From: Desulfobaccales bacterium
GTDB lineage: Bacteria > Desulfobacterota > Desulfobaccia > Desulfobaccales > 0-14-0-80-60-11
Direction of reading: 5' to 3'
Assembly (NCBI GenBank): GCA_049585595.1
Contig: JBAVAG010000118.1
Coordinates: 1,889 to 65,888 of the forward strand
Length of the DNA: 64,000 bases
Below are positions 63,516 through 64,000 of this stretch, one piece after another. Position 1 is the stretch's first letter. Every line of letters begins with the position of its first letter. The position numbers and the translations under genes are program-made. The notes beneath the pieces were generated by a model. The model did no database searches and was not told where the DNA came from. It saw only the letters and a program-made list of their open reading frames with translations.

Positions 63516-64000
63516 TTGGCCAAGAAGATTAAAATCCCCTTCGGCACCATCGAGATCCCCCCTGAGTCCAAGGAGTTAATCCTAAAGGCGTTGGATTCCA
63601 CCCGGGTTTCCTGCGGCCGGCTGGTTCGGGAATTTGAGAAGAAGTTTGCCGCGATTCTGGGGTGCAGGGAGGCGGTGGCCGTCAGCAGCGGCACCGATGC
63701 CGACATCCTGGCCCTGGCCGTGTTGCACGATTATGGGGCCCGCCGGGATGACGAGGTCATCGTGCCGGCGCTCTCTTTTGTGGCCACCGGCAACGCCGTG
63801 GTGCACGCCGGCTTCCGGCCGGTTTTTGTGGATGTGGACCGGAAGTCCCTCAACATCGACGTGGGCCAGGTCGAGGCGGCCATTACCGACAAGACCCGGG
63901 CCATCATGCCGGTTCATCTCATGGGGAAACCCGCGGAGATGGACGCCATCATGGCCTTGGCCCAAAAATATGATTTAGTGGTGGTGGAAGATGCGGCGGA
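63516..64000 (+). CDS. DegT/DnrJ/EryC1/StrS-family PLP aminotransferase (partial; continues past the window end)
   Basis: The TTG start at 63516 follows GGAAAGG. FEKKFAAILGCREAVAVSSGTDADILAL...VIVPALSFVATGNAV...PVHLMGKPAEMD. No stop before 64000. Confidence 0.8.
   Translation, partial: MAKKIKIPFGTIEIPPESKELILKALDSTRVSCGRLVREFEKKFAAILGCREAVAVSSGTDADILALAVLHDYGARRDDEVIVPALSFVATGNAVVHAGFRPVFVDVDRKSLNIDVGQVEAAITDKTRAIMPVHLMGKPAEMDAIMALAQKYDLVVVEDAA

Overview
GC-rich bacterial chromosomal segment, with several visibly lower-GC patches that I judged by eye and did not compute. It is densely coded: about 60 protein genes, 3 tRNAs (Pro-TGG, Glu-CTC, Arg-TCT), two gene relics (an IS110-type transposase and a dCMP deaminase) and no rRNA or CRISPR. 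The gene content suggests an anaerobic Desulfobacterota-like organism (lactate utilisation genes glcD/glcF, larA, lutC, a lutB-lutA fusion and lctP; a Pat-type acetyltransferase; hydantoinase A/B; mobA/mobB; many Fe-S proteins), but taxonomy cannot be settled from this window. Order along the window: miaA, mutL, rph, rdgB, tRNA-Pro; a gene-poor 1.5 kb stretch; a methyltransferase / phosphatidylserine decarboxylase / PHP-GT4 fusion operon; PadR; the most interesting cluster (about 11.5-21 kb); a lower-GC envelope islet; an SBP plus Cache-HAMP-cyclase pair; catabolic and transport operons; the lactate island; and a heptose / amino-sugar cluster. The 11.5-21 kb cluster holds four paralogous cysteine-less HMA-like domains, three stand-alone and one fused to a PEGLP-type P-type ATPase. 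It also holds a DUF5132-like membrane protein, an unannotated 37-aa TM+CxxC peptide, an 8 x 22-residue repeat protein, a MetK paralogue with degenerate catalytic motifs and a YtaF/MntP-like channel, flanked by PadR and OmpR-type regulators. I propose it as an uncharacterised cation-handling, possibly compartment-forming, system. The second unusual signal is that many intergenic regions consist of tandem heptanucleotide arrays, mostly as inverted pairs (STRR-like); one fills the glcD-glcF spacer. Also present are GTAGGGGCG...CGCCCCTAC REP-like palindromes, a MITE-like nested palindrome, a 19-nt perfect direct repeat bracketing an amidohydrolase cassette, and a 16-nt perfect motif shared by the promoters of the lipid operon and an HMA-like gene. 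All functional calls come from reading translated motifs by eye. No database search was run.
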